Source: Spirochaetia bacterium
Lineage (GTDB): Bacteria > Spirochaetota > Spirochaetia > SZUA-6 > Bin103
Direction: 5' to 3'
NCBI GenBank assembly: GCA_965199955.1
Contig: CBDATQ010000001.1
Coordinates: 2,048,001 to 2,112,000, forward strand
DNA: 64,000 nucleotides
Within the stretch, counting starts at the first letter, position 1. Each line of letters starts with the position of its first letter. This document shows, piece by piece, positions 9,140 to 18,710 of the stretch. Below the pieces are notes generated by a model. It was not told the origin of the DNA and did no database searches. It saw nothing but the letters and a program-made list of their open reading frames with translations. Both the position numbers and the translations under genes were made by a program.

Positions 9140-10063
9140 ATGAGACGCATGATCATCGACTGCGACCCCGGGCACGACGACGCGATCGCCCTGATGCTCG
9201 CGCACCGGCACGCGCAGGTGGACGGCATCACGACCGTGAGCGGCAACGTGCCGCTTGCCGCCACCACCGCCAACGCGCTGCTGCTCACGGCGCTGCTCGA
9301 CGTCGATACGCCCGTGCACGCCGGCGCGGTGCGGCCGCTGGTGGGCGAGCCGCAGCACGCTCCGCACGTCCACGGCGAGTCCGGCCTGGGCGACGTGACC
9401 CGCATGGAGCACGACAGGGTGGTGGCCGGTGACGACGGGGTCGGGTTCCTGCTGGACGCCGCCGCCCCCGACGTGTGGGTCGTCGCCATGGGACCGCTGA
9501 CCAACGTGGCGCTGGCGATCGAGCGCGACCCAGAGTGGGTAAAGCGGATCGCCGGCATCGCGCTCATGGGCGGCAGCACCGACGTGGGCAACGTGACGCG
9601 GGTCGCGGAGTTCAACGTGTACGCCGACCCGGAAGCGGCCGAGCGGGTGTTCCGCTCCGGCGCGGATATCACCATGTGCGGGCTCAACCTTACCCACCAG
9701 GTCATGACGACCGACGCGGTGGCGGAGCGGCTGCGTGGAGCGGAGACACCGGTGGCCGGCTTCGCCGCGCAGGTGTTCGACGACCTGCACGGACGCATCG
9801 CGGCGCTGACCGGCTTCCGGGAAGCGGCGCTGCACGATCCCTGTGCGGTGCTGGCGGTTACGCACCCGGAGCTGATCGAGACCGCGCCGCGCGCGGTCAG
9901 CGTCGAGGTCGACGGCACGCTCACCCGCGGCATGACCGTCGTCGACCAGCGCCGCGGCCTGCGGGGCGACCCGGCAAACGCGAACGTCGGCTACCGGATC
10001 GACGCGGAACGGGCGCTGCAGGTGGTCCTGGAGTCGCTGGGAGTCGAGCCGGAGTCGGGCTGA
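9140..10063 (+). CDS. Inosine/uridine-preferring nucleoside hydrolase
   Basis: DCDPGHDD, GPLTNVA, AEFNVYADPEAA, LHDPCAV; GGAGGGAG RBS. Confidence 0.92.
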   Translation: MRRMIIDCDPGHDDAIALMLAHRHAQVDGITTVSGNVPLAATTANALLLTALLDVDTPVHAGAVRPLVGEPQHAPHVHGESGLGDVTRMEHDRVVAGDDGVGFLLDAAAPDVWVVAMGPLTNVALAIERDPEWVKRIAGIALMGGSTDVGNVTRVAEFNVYADPEAAERVFRSGADITMCGLNLTHQVMTTDAVAERLRGAETPVAGFAAQVFDDLHGRIAALTGFREAALHDPCAVLAVTHPELIETAPRAVSVEVDGTLTRGMTVVDQRRGLRGDPANANVGYRIDAERALQVVLESLGVEPESG

Positions 10064-10076
10064 CCAGTCGTGCGCG

Positions 10077-10618
10077 TCAGGGGCCGGTCGTTAGCGGTAC
10101 AATGTCGCTCCAGCCATAGGCGACCTCCGTCAGCTCCGTGCCGCCTATCGTGATCGTCTCCACTCGGACCTCGGCACCGCCCAGCGCCTCGTAGAAGTTC
10201 CGGGACGGATTGTCCGTGAGCACCCAGGTCAGCATCGAGCGCCACCCTCGGGAGAGGAACCACGAGCAGAGCGCCGCCACCAGCCGCTTTCCCACACCTT
10301 GCCGCTGACCGGACTCGAAGAGGTAGATCGCGTAGAGCTCGGCCGAGTACTCAGGAGTGGCCTCTTCCGATCCCTCGGAGGCGATCTGCGGATCGTCCGA
10401 ACACGATGCGGTCCCGCTCGCCGGGGGAGCGCCGCTCCGCTCCGGTCCGCCGGAGGCGAACCCGATGATCCGCCCGTCCCGATCCTTGGCGACGAAGGCG
10501 GTCTGCCGCTCGTCCGCAAGGATGCGATGCCAGCGCTCCTCCCGTTCCTCGTAGTCCAGGCCGGCCACGTGCTCAGCGGGTACGATGCCGGTGTAGGTGG
10601 ACCGCCAGCTATCGATCC
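10077..10618 (-). pseudogene. GNAT acetyltransferase lacking its first ~15 codons
   Basis: IDSWRSTYTGIVP..ELYAIYL..QRQGVGKRL..WVLTDNPSRNFYEALGG; native N-terminus absent. Confidence 0.7.
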
Positions 10619-10951
10619 GACCCGCGCCTGCTCGACCGAATCGCCGAAAGGGGCGTCACCATCGAATGTCCACTTTCGTGCAACGTGATGCTTGGAGCCG
10701 TGCAGAGCTATGAGGATCACCCGATTCGCCGCTTCGTGGAGCGAGGGATCCCGGTGACCATCTGCACTGACGATCCGGTGAAGGCCGTCACCACGATCGG
10801 GCGCGAGTACGCGATCGCGTCGGAACTGGGTTTCTCCGGAGCGGAACTGCTGGCCTGCACACACGCGGCGATCGCGGCGTCGTTTTGCGATGATGAAACG
10901 CGCGGCCGGTTGCTGCGCCTCGTGTCGGAGTCCGCTACGATCGAGCCATGA
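10619..10951 (+). pseudogene. Adenosine deaminase C-terminal remnant
   Basis: DPRLLDRIAERGVTIECPLSCNVMLG..HPIRRF..GIPVTICTDDP..AIAASF; N-terminal HxH region missing. Confidence 0.8.
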
Positions 10952-11883
10952 TGGATATTCAAGAGGCCAAGGACCTGTTCCGCGGCCCCATGGTGTCGGT
11001 GGCGACGCCCTTCACCGCTCGGTTCGACCTGGATCTCGATGCGCTGCGCGACAACATCGCGTTCATGCTCGACCGCGGGATGGCGACCGGGAAGGGGGTG
11101 CTGCTGGTCGCCGCTGCCGGCGGCGAGTTCCCGATGCTGAGCATGGAGGAGCGCAAGGAGGTCATCCGCGCCAGCGTCGAAGCGGCGGCCGGCCGCATCC
11201 CGGTCGCGGCCAGCATCCAGTTCGACGGCACGCGGGAGATCATCGAGCTGGCGCACTACGCCCACCGGGTTGGCGCCAGTCTCGGGCAGCTCTCGTCTCC
11301 CTCCTATTACCCCCCGCCGGCGCAGGACATCTTCGACCTGTTCGAAGCGGTCAGCGAGGAGACCAAGCTGCCCATCATGATCTACAACAACTGGTGGACG
11401 ACGCCGAACATGAACGTCGGCACGGTCGATCGGCTGGCGCGGCTGCCCGGTGTCGTCGCGCTCAAGTGGTCATCGTCGTCCATGAGCGAGTACACCACCG
11501 GCCTGCACCGGTTCGCCGATCGCCTGGCGATCATCGACAACCTGGGCATGGCGGTGTGGGCGCACCTGCTGGGCGCCATCGGCTTTATCACCCACCAGAG
11601 CAACTTCTGGCCCGAGTACCCGTTGTCGCTCTGGGAGCTCCTGGAGCGCAAGGACTACGACGCCGCGGTGGCCCGGCTTGCCGGCTTCAGTTGGCCCTGG
11701 GACCAGTGGACGCACAAGGTGTGCGAGGAGACCGAAGGGGAGGGGCCGTTCATCAAGGCAGCCATGGAGGAGGTCGGACTGACGGCTGGCCCCCCGCGTC
11801 CGCCGGCACGTCCGGTGAGCGCCGGCCTCCGGCAGGAGTTGCGAAGCCTGTTCGCCGACTCCGGGGTCCCCAAAGCGGCATGA
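10948..11883 (+). CDS. Dihydrodipicolinate synthase (DapA)/class I aldolase family protein
   Basis: ATPF, GGEFPMLSMEER, IMIYN, Schiff-base Lys in ALKWSS. Confidence 0.85.
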   Translation: MMDIQEAKDLFRGPMVSVATPFTARFDLDLDALRDNIAFMLDRGMATGKGVLLVAAAGGEFPMLSMEERKEVIRASVEAAAGRIPVAASIQFDGTREIIELAHYAHRVGASLGQLSSPSYYPPPAQDIFDLFEAVSEETKLPIMIYNNWWTTPNMNVGTVDRLARLPGVVALKWSSSSMSEYTTGLHRFADRLAIIDNLGMAVWAHLLGAIGFITHQSNFWPEYPLSLWELLERKDYDAAVARLAGFSWPWDQWTHKVCEETEGEGPFIKAAMEEVGLTAGPPRPPARPVSAGLRQELRSLFADSGVPKAA

Positions 11884-11904
11884 TCCGCTGACGCCGAGCC
11901 GGCT

Positions 11905-12688
11905 TCAGCGGCCGATCGCCAGTCGCTCCGCGAGCCGTTCGGGCAGGCCGAGCGCCCGGATCTTGCGCGGCGCCACCTCCACCGGATAAGGCACGCGGTA
12001 CTGCGTGAAGCGTTTCCGTCCGGTGTCGAACACCCCGAACGCGGCGTCCGGGTTGCCGTCGCGGGGTTGGCCCACGGAGCCGGGATTGATCGGGTAACGG
12101 CTGCCCGCGTCGAGTGTCAGGGAGTCTCCGGAAGCAGGCACCACCCCGCGCACCGGCGTCCCGATCGCGCCCGCGGCACGTTTCGGCCGCTCTTGCTGCA
12201 GGATCATGGCCACATGGGTGTGTCCGAAAAAACATACATCGGTATCAGGGAGACCGTTGCCCAGCGCCTGGAACGACTCGCGCGCGTCGTATCCGTCGAG
12301 CAGATACAGGTCCTCGTCCTGAGGTGAGCCGTGGCACAGCACGATCCCCGGTGCCGCCTGAACCGGCCCCTGCGGAATGTCGCTCAGCCGGTCCAGGTCG
12401 GCCGCCGGCAGCATCCGCCGGTGACGGCGCGCCGCGGCCTGCGCGATGTCGTTGAAGTCGCGGTCACTGGCGATGCCGGCCACCACCTTGTCGTGGTTGC
12501 CGCGGACGCAGTGGTCGGGCGATCGCCAGCCCGCGTTCCAGGCACGCGGCGGGGTCGGCGTTGTAGCCGACCAGATCGCCCAGAAGCCGGTACGCGTCGA
12601 TACGGACCGGCAGGGCGTCCAGTGCCGCCTCGACCGCCGGCAGCGCTTCGAGGTTGCCGTGGATGTCGGACAGGACGGCGTAGGTCAT
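11905..12688 (-). pseudogene. Calcineurin-like metallophosphoesterase, frameshifted at 12517-12519
   Basis: SDIHGNLEAL, LGDLVGY | VRGNHD, CHGSP, FGHTH, INPGSVGQPRDG; removing one C of GCCC restores the frame. Confidence 0.82.
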
Positions 12689-12724
12689 GGGCCGATCCCC
12701 GCCCGATGCCGCGGGAGGCCGCGC

Positions 12725-13513
12725 CTAGGTGGCCGTGGCCGGCTCCCTGACGCTGGCGGTGACCGGCTCGAATTGACGAGCGACGACCCAGTCCGGGCGC
12801 GGGTTTTCCACGCCGTCCGGCACGTTGTCGATCGCCGCGAACGCGTAGATCAGGCTGTAGCGCTTCGTCGGTGACAAGTTGTGGTTCGAGCCGTGCACGG
12901 TCCGGCAGTCGAAGAAGCAGACGTCGCCGGCCTCACCCTCGATGGGGATGATCATCGCCTCGTCGGTGATGTGCTCGCGCAGCGCTTCCGGCGTGATGCA
13001 CCACTGCTTGTAGCTGGTGGTGACCTCGTCGCTGTAGTGGTCCAGCACGCCCCAGCGGTGCGAGCCCCGGATCAGCATGACGCAGCCGTTCGCGCTCGTG
13101 TTCGGGCCGAGCATCACCAGCGCGGAGGTCAGTCGGTCGTCGACGCCGTCGTAGCGCCAGTAGCCGTAGTCCTGGTGCCAGAGCCACACGGTGCCCTCGA
13201 ACGACTCCTTGTAGTTCAGTTTGCTGTGGAAGACGTAGGCGTCGTCACCGAAGATCTGCTTGACCGGCCCGGCGACCGGCTCCGACCGGCAGAGGTCTCG
13301 GAACGGCTCGATGCTGCGGTGCGCGCAGAACACCGAGCGCACCGGTCCGCTCTTCTCCCGCACCACGTGCACCTCCGCCGGGTTGTCGGCGTCTTCCGCC
13401 ATCACCGCGTCCGCCGCGGCGCGCAGCTCCTCGATCCGATCCGGCGGGATCACGCCCCGCTGCACCAGGAATCCGTCCTCTCGGTAGGTGGCGAGTTCTC
13501 GTTCCGTCCACAT
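12725..13513 (-). CDS. PhyH-family Fe(II)/2-oxoglutarate dioxygenase
   Basis: YREDGFLV, HSKLNYK, WHQD, IRGSHRW, HGSNHNLS..R. Confidence 0.9.
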   Translation of the reverse strand: MWTERELATYREDGFLVQRGVIPPDRIEELRAAADAVMAEDADNPAEVHVVREKSGPVRSVFCAHRSIEPFRDLCRSEPVAGPVKQIFGDDAYVFHSKLNYKESFEGTVWLWHQDYGYWRYDGVDDRLTSALVMLGPNTSANGCVMLIRGSHRWGVLDHYSDEVTTSYKQWCITPEALREHITDEAMIIPIEGEAGDVCFFDCRTVHGSNHNLSPTKRYSLIYAFAAIDNVPDGVENPRPDWVVARQFEPVTASVREPATAT

Positions 13514-13515
13514 GT

Positions 13516-14898
13516 TCAGGCCTCCAATGGTTCGAGGTCCGCCAGCATCGTCGGGATGAGCTCGGCGACGGTGGGGTGAATATGCACCGCCCGCTGGATC
13601 ACGGTATACGGCGCCTTGGCGTACATCACGTCCAGGATCGAATGGATGACCTCGTCGCCGCCGACGCCGAGGATGGCGGCGCCCAGGATCCGCTCGGTCC
13701 CGGCATCTACCAGCACCTTCATGAAGCCCTGCGTCTCGCCCTTCTCCACGGCGCGGCCGACGCGGGTCATCGCCCGCGTGGCGATCAGCGCCGGGCGGCC
13801 CGATTCCCGGACCTGCTGCTCGCTCATGCCGACGCGGCCGAGCGGCGGGTCGACGTACAGCGCGTAGCAGTCGATGCGGTCCGCGACGCTGCGGGGGTCG
13901 CCGTGCAGGAGGTTGGCGGCGACTATCTCGTAGTCGTTGTAGGCGGTGTGCGTGAAGGCGCCGCGGCCGTTGCACTCGCCCAGCGCCCACACGCCGGGGA
14001 CGGCGGTCTGCAGCCCGTCGTCCACGGGGATCAGCCCCCGCCGGTCGACCTCGATGCCGGCGGCGTCCAGGCCCAGGTCGTCGGTGTTGGGGCGCCGTCC
14101 CACCGCCAGCAGCAGGTGCGATCCGACCACGGCCGGTTCCCCGGATGCGCAGTCCAGGGTGGCCGTGACCGCGTCGCCGTCCCGGCCCACGTCCATGCAC
14201 GTCGCGTTCAGACGGACGTTCACGCCCTCGGCTTCCAGGATCCCGGTCACCGCCGCACAGATGTCCGGCGACTCCCGCTTGATGAGGCGGTCGCCGGTGT
14301 CGATGAGCGTGACCTCGCTGCCGAAGCGGCGGTACATCTGCGCGAACTCCAGCCCGATGTAGCCGCCGCCGACGATGATCAGGTGCTCGGGCAGGACCTC
14401 CAGCTCCATGACGGTCGAGTTGGTCAGGTAGTCGACCCGGTCGAGCCCGGCGAACGGCGGCACGAACGCGCGTGCGCCGACGTTGATGAAGATCCGCTCC
14501 GCTTCCAGCAGGTCGTCGCCCACGCGGACCCGGTGAGCCGCCGCGAAGCGCGCGTGCCCCTGGTAGACCGTGCAGTTGGCCAGCGAGCGGAGCCAGCGCT
14601 CGACGCCGACCTCGGACTTTTGCGCGATCGCGTCCTTGCGCGCCTTCACGCGCTTCATGTCCACGCCGACCGCGCCGCCGATCACGACGCCGAAGTCGGC
14701 TGCCCGGCGCGCCACGTGCGCGGCGCGGGCGCTGGCCACCAGCGCCTTGGTGGGAATGCAGCCCACGTTGACGCAGGTGCCGCCGAAGCGGTGGCGCTCG
14801 ATGATGGCGGTGTCCATGCCGGCGCCGGCCAACGCGGCGGCCAGGCTGGGACCGGCCTGCCCGGTGCCGATGACGATCGCGTCGTACGTGCGGGCCAT
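13516..14898 (-). CDS. FAD-dependent pyridine nucleotide-disulfide oxidoreductase (dihydrolipoamide dehydrogenase/MerA-like superfamily)
   Basis: IGTGQAG, GGTCVNVGCIPTK, GGGYIGLE, HIHPTVAE. Confidence 0.9.
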   Translation of the reverse strand: MARTYDAIVIGTGQAGPSLAAALAGAGMDTAIIERHRFGGTCVNVGCIPTKALVASARAAHVARRAADFGVVIGGAVGVDMKRVKARKDAIAQKSEVGVERWLRSLANCTVYQGHARFAAAHRVRVGDDLLEAERIFINVGARAFVPPFAGLDRVDYLTNSTVMELEVLPEHLIIVGGGYIGLEFAQMYRRFGSEVTLIDTGDRLIKRESPDICAAVTGILEAEGVNVRLNATCMDVGRDGDAVTATLDCASGEPAVVGSHLLLAVGRRPNTDDLGLDAAGIEVDRRGLIPVDDGLQTAVPGVWALGECNGRGAFTHTAYNDYEIVAANLLHGDPRSVADRIDCYALYVDPPLGRVGMSEQQVRESGRPALIATRAMTRVGRAVEKGETQGFMKVLVDAGTERILGAAILGVGGDEVIHSILDVMYAKAPYTVIQRAVHIHPTVAELIPTMLADLEPLEA

Positions 14899-14905
14899 GG
14901 GCGGC

Positions 14906-15943
14906 TCAGATCCAGCCGTGGCGGATGGAAACCGGAACGCCTGAGCGCTGCGTTTCCCAGGCGGGTCCGGCGGACAGCATCACCTCGCGCCCGGTGAGAG
15001 CGGACTCTTCTGCGGCGAACAGGATCTCCATGATGTGACGCGTCCACTGGCCGTGCGCGGGCGGCTCGATGTTCAGCCGGATCGCCTCCACGAACGCCCG
15101 CCACTGCTCGGTCATGCCGGCCGGGGGCGTCTCGAACGGTACGTCCGTCCACTGGTTGTCCTTGCCGATCTGCACCGACCCGCTTGCGAAGCGCAGCGAT
15201 CCCTGCGTGCCGTACATGATGCAGTCGTGCGTGGGCGCGCCGTCGGCGTACGCCACGGCGATGGCGATGCCGGCCGCGCCGTTCTTGTAGCGGATGAAGA
15301 CCGTGGACGTGTCGTCGGCCGCCTGGTAGTGGGCGCGGGTGCCGATCGCCGCCGACACCGACAGCGCCTGCGAGGCCATCACCCAGGTCAGCCGGTCGAC
15401 GACGTGCACGCCGTTGGTCATCCACATGCCGCCGCCGTGGAAGCGGCTGCGGTATTGGGGACGGCGCGTGGCGTGGTTCCAGTTCTTGCACATGTAGCTG
15501 ACCGCGGTTACGACCGGCCCGATCTCGCCCGAGTCCAGGATCTCCTTGGCCTTCATCGCCGGCCCGCCGAAGTGCTGGGTCAGTCCGACCATCAGCTTCA
15601 CGCCGGCCTCCTCGGCCGCCGCGACCATCTCGTCGCACTGCTGGAGGTTGAGCGCCATCGGCTTCTCCACCATCACGTGCTTGCCGGCGCGACAGGCATC
15701 GACGGTGAGCCGGTGGTGAAGCTGGTGCCCGAGCGTGATGGCGACCGCCTCGACCTCGTCGTCGGCCAGCAATTCGGTATGCGAGGCGTAGCCCCTGGCG
15801 ACGCCGTACGCCTTCATGACCCTCTCGCGCGGCTCCTCGAGCAGATCGGCGCACGCCACCACCTCGACGTCGTCGAGCGTCGCGATCGCCTGCAAGTGGG
15901 AGCTGGAGATGCCTCCCAGGCCGACGATCCCTACTTTCAACAT
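14906..15943 (-). CDS. Gfo/Idh/MocA oxidoreductase
   Basis: KVGIVGLGGI, GKHVMVEKPMA; GGAGG RBS before ATG 15943. Confidence 0.9.
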   Translation of the reverse strand: MLKVGIVGLGGISSSHLQAIATLDDVEVVACADLLEEPRERVMKAYGVARGYASHTELLADDEVEAVAITLGHQLHHRLTVDACRAGKHVMVEKPMALNLQQCDEMVAAAEEAGVKLMVGLTQHFGGPAMKAKEILDSGEIGPVVTAVSYMCKNWNHATRRPQYRSRFHGGGMWMTNGVHVVDRLTWVMASQALSVSAAIGTRAHYQAADDTSTVFIRYKNGAAGIAIAVAYADGAPTHDCIMYGTQGSLRFASGSVQIGKDNQWTDVPFETPPAGMTEQWRAFVEAIRLNIEPPAHGQWTRHIMEILFAAEESALTGREVMLSAGPAWETQRSGVPVSIRHGWI

Positions 15944-16031
15944 CTGTTCCTCCTGCATGCGGCCGTGTCGTCCGGGTAACGGCCGGCGCCTCAGTGTGCC
16001 ACAATGGCGGCGCCATGGTGGGGAAGGTGCG

Positions 16032-16676
16032 ATGCGATTGATCCTGGAGCAGATACGGACCGGCGGCGACCGGAACTTCGCCTATCTGGTCGGTGATCGC
16101 GAGGCCGGGGTGGCCGCGATCGTCGACCCGAGTTTCGACCCGGCCGCCGTGGTGGAGCGGGCAGCCGCGCAGGGCCTGTCGGTGGCCTACGTCGTCAACA
16201 CGCACGGCCACGCCGACCACACCAACGGCAACGACGAGGCGCGCAGGCTCACCGGCGCCCCGCTCGTCGCCTTCGGCTCGAACGCCGACCATCGCCTGGA
16301 CGACGGCGGCGTGCTGGAGGTCGGCGCGCTGCGCCTGCGCGCGCTCCACACCCCCGGCCACGCCGACGACCACCTGGTCCTGTTCGAGCCGGACGAGCGC
16401 TTCGCCCTGACCGGCGACCTGCTGTTCGTGGGCAAGGTCGGCGGCACCTCCGGCCGCGACGCGGCCCGCACGGAGTGGGACAGCCTGCACCGGCTGCTGG
16501 ATGCCGCCGGCGACGACGTCACCGTCTGGCCCGGGCACGACTACGGCTGCCGGCCGGCGTCCACGATCGGCATGGAGCGGCGGACCAACCCATTTCTGGG
16601 CTGCGAGGACTTCGAGGCGTTCTTCGATCTCAAGGAGCGCTGGCCGTCGTTCAAGGCCGAGCATGGCCTGCGCTGA
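16032..16676 (+). CDS. MBL-fold metallo-hydrolase (glyoxalase II/ETHE1-like)
   Basis: NTHGHADH, HTPGH, TGDLLF, WPGHDY, ERRTNPFL. Confidence 0.9.
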   Translation: MRLILEQIRTGGDRNFAYLVGDREAGVAAIVDPSFDPAAVVERAAAQGLSVAYVVNTHGHADHTNGNDEARRLTGAPLVAFGSNADHRLDDGGVLEVGALRLRALHTPGHADDHLVLFEPDERFALTGDLLFVGKVGGTSGRDAARTEWDSLHRLLDAAGDDVTVWPGHDYGCRPASTIGMERRTNPFLGCEDFEAFFDLKERWPSFKAEHGLR

Positions 16677-16706
16677 CGCGCCCGGCGGGCGTGGTACCGT
16701 AGACGG

Positions 16707-17105
16707 ATGAAGTACTCGTACGATCACGTCCACCTCCAGACCAACGACCTGGACGCCACGGTCGCCTGGTTCGAACGCATGTTCGATGCGCGCCGGCTGT
16801 GGATCGGGGAGTTCAAGGGCACCAAGATCACCCACCTGGGGTTCCACGATACCTTCGTCAACGTCTTCCACCGCGCGCCGACCAATCCCGACACGACCCC
16901 GGAGGACGCGGTGATTCATCACTTCGCCATGCGTCCCGACGACTACGACGCCGCCATCGCCGACCTCAAGCGCCGCGGCGCCCGCTTTCACACCGAGCCG
17001 GCCGCGGTCGGCCCGCACCTGCGGGTCGCCTTCATCGAAGGGCCCGACAACCTGCGCGTGGAGATCATCGAAGGCGACCTGCCCGAGGGGACCGGCCTGG
17101 AGTAG
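16707..17105 (+). CDS. VOC/glyoxalase family protein
   Basis: YDHVHL, HHFAM, AFIEGPDNLRVEI. Confidence 0.85.
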   Translation: MKYSYDHVHLQTNDLDATVAWFERMFDARRLWIGEFKGTKITHLGFHDTFVNVFHRAPTNPDTTPEDAVIHHFAMRPDDYDAAIADLKRRGARFHTEPAAVGPHLRVAFIEGPDNLRVEIIEGDLPEGTGLE

Positions 17106-17243
17106 CGCGAATTGTCCTTCACAGAAGGAGAATTCAGTCCTGATTGGTCACTGTGAGAGCGACAATCGCTCCCGCGTGCGCGTGCGAGTGGTCGTTGATC
17201 CCGTTCGTGCCGCGGCGGTACTGTGGCGCGAGGTGACGTGCCG

Positions 17244-18071
17244 ATGCCGCTCGATCTGACCGCCGACATGACCGCGCATCAGGAGCAGGGGTACCTCGTC
17301 ATTCCCGAGGTGCTTGGACCCCACGACGTGGACGCCGCCCAGCAGGAGATCGAGCGCCTGCACGAGTTTGCGGCAGGCGAGGAGAGCCCGCCCGGAGAGG
17401 CGACGTTCCAGTTCGAGCCGCACACCGACGTGCGCTCCGAGCACGGCCGGCCCGTGCTGCGCAAGATCGAGCGCACCGACCTGGTCTCCGGCCTGTTCGG
17501 GGACATGGCTCGCAATCCGCGCATGGTGGCGGTCGTGTCGGAGCTCCTCGGCCCGGAGCTGCTTCTGTTCCGGTCGACGCTGATGCTGAAGCCGGCGCGC
17601 CACGGATCGCAGCACGGACTGCACCAGGACGTAGCCTATTGGCCGCTGGAGCCGCCGGAGCTGGTGACCGTGAGCATCGCCATCTCCGCCAGCGACGCCG
17701 AGAACGGCTGCATCCACGTGATCCCCGGCAGCCACCGCTGGCCGGTCGGCGAGTGGGGGAACATCTCCCGCCGCGACGATGCCGCGCAGACCGACCGCGA
17801 GGACGTCGACCTGTCACAGCTCCGCGACGTACCGCTGGAGGCCGGCAGCGCCGTCCTGTTCCACAGCAACATCGTGCACGGCTCCGGCCCGAACCACTCA
17901 GACCGGCCCCGGCACACGGCGCTGTATGCCTACTTCCCGCCCACGGTCCGCTACATGCCCGCCAAGCTCGACTCGCCGAGCAGGACGTACCGCGTCATCG
18001 CCGGCCTGAACGGACTGGCCAGCGTCACCCTGAGAGTGGGCGAGAGCGCGTTGAGCGCCACGCAGCGATAG
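17244..18071 (+). CDS. PhyH-family Fe(II)/2-oxoglutarate dioxygenase
   Basis: QEQGYLVIP, LMLKP, LHQD, IPGSHRW, HGSGPNHSDRPR; GAGGTG RBS. Confidence 0.9.
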   Translation: MPLDLTADMTAHQEQGYLVIPEVLGPHDVDAAQQEIERLHEFAAGEESPPGEATFQFEPHTDVRSEHGRPVLRKIERTDLVSGLFGDMARNPRMVAVVSELLGPELLLFRSTLMLKPARHGSQHGLHQDVAYWPLEPPELVTVSIAISASDAENGCIHVIPGSHRWPVGEWGNISRRDDAAQTDREDVDLSQLRDVPLEAGSAVLFHSNIVHGSGPNHSDRPRHTALYAYFPPTVRYMPAKLDSPSRTYRVIAGLNGLASVTLRVGESALSATQR

Positions 18072-18074
18072 CCT

Positions 18075-18710
18075 TCACCCGGCTGTGTGCAGCACGGCCG
18101 CGGCGTCCCGGTAGCGTTGGCGAGCAAGCTGCAGCTCCGCATCGAGGTCGCCAGTCGGCTCGCGCAGGGGCTGCAGGGCCTCGATCGCAGCGCTGCGGAA
18201 AGTGCGTTTCACAGCGTCGTCGATCAGCAGGCAGTCCGCGCGCAGGCGTTCGGAGTCCACGACCGGTCCGTCGACGAACACCAGGTCCGAGCGATCGATC
18301 GGCGCCTCTTCCATAGAAGGCACGATGGTGATGCGGTCGGCCACGCCGACGTGCGCGAACGTCTGTTCGGCGATCCGTCGATGGAGCGCGTCGCGCTCGA
18401 CGGTGAACAGACGCGAGTGGGGAAACGCCTCGGCGATCAGCACGGTCGCGTAGCCGATGCCGGTGCCAGTCTCCAGGACGACCTGGGGCGGGCTCGGCAT
18501 CTGCTCGGCCAGGATCGCCCAGAGCGGGGCGCGGGATGGCGGGCTGGGGTAGGCCTCGCACTCGGGTCCGTGCTGCATCCGGTGGGCGTGGGTCCGCAGG
18601 TACAGGTCCCAGTGCAGGTCGATCTCGGCGCCGAACGCAGCCTCCACCAGCGGGTCGATCCACGGGAAGTAGGAGTCCGCGTTCCACCAGTCCGAGCGCA
18701 TCGTGATCAT
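18075..18710 (-). CDS. Class I SAM-dependent (O-)methyltransferase-like protein
   Basis: VLETGTGIGYAT motif I, TVERD, DLVFVDG; ATGA overlap with upstream hydrolase. Confidence 0.7.
   Translation of the reverse strand: MITMRSDWWNADSYFPWIDPLVEAAFGAEIDLHWDLYLRTHAHRMQHGPECEAYPSPPSRAPLWAILAEQMPSPPQVVLETGTGIGYATVLIAEAFPHSRLFTVERDALHRRIAEQTFAHVGVADRITIVPSMEEAPIDRSDLVFVDGPVVDSERLRADCLLIDDAVKRTFRSAAIEALQPLREPTGDLDAELQLARQRYRDAAAVLHTAG

Noticed and set aside
12725..13513. Ectoine hydroxylase (ectD)
   Set aside because: Has WHQDYGYW rather than the EctD WHSDFETWH signature; no ectABC in the window.
13516..14898. Mercuric reductase (merA)
   Set aside because: No N-terminal HMA domain, no C-terminal Cys-Cys pair, no mer genes nearby.
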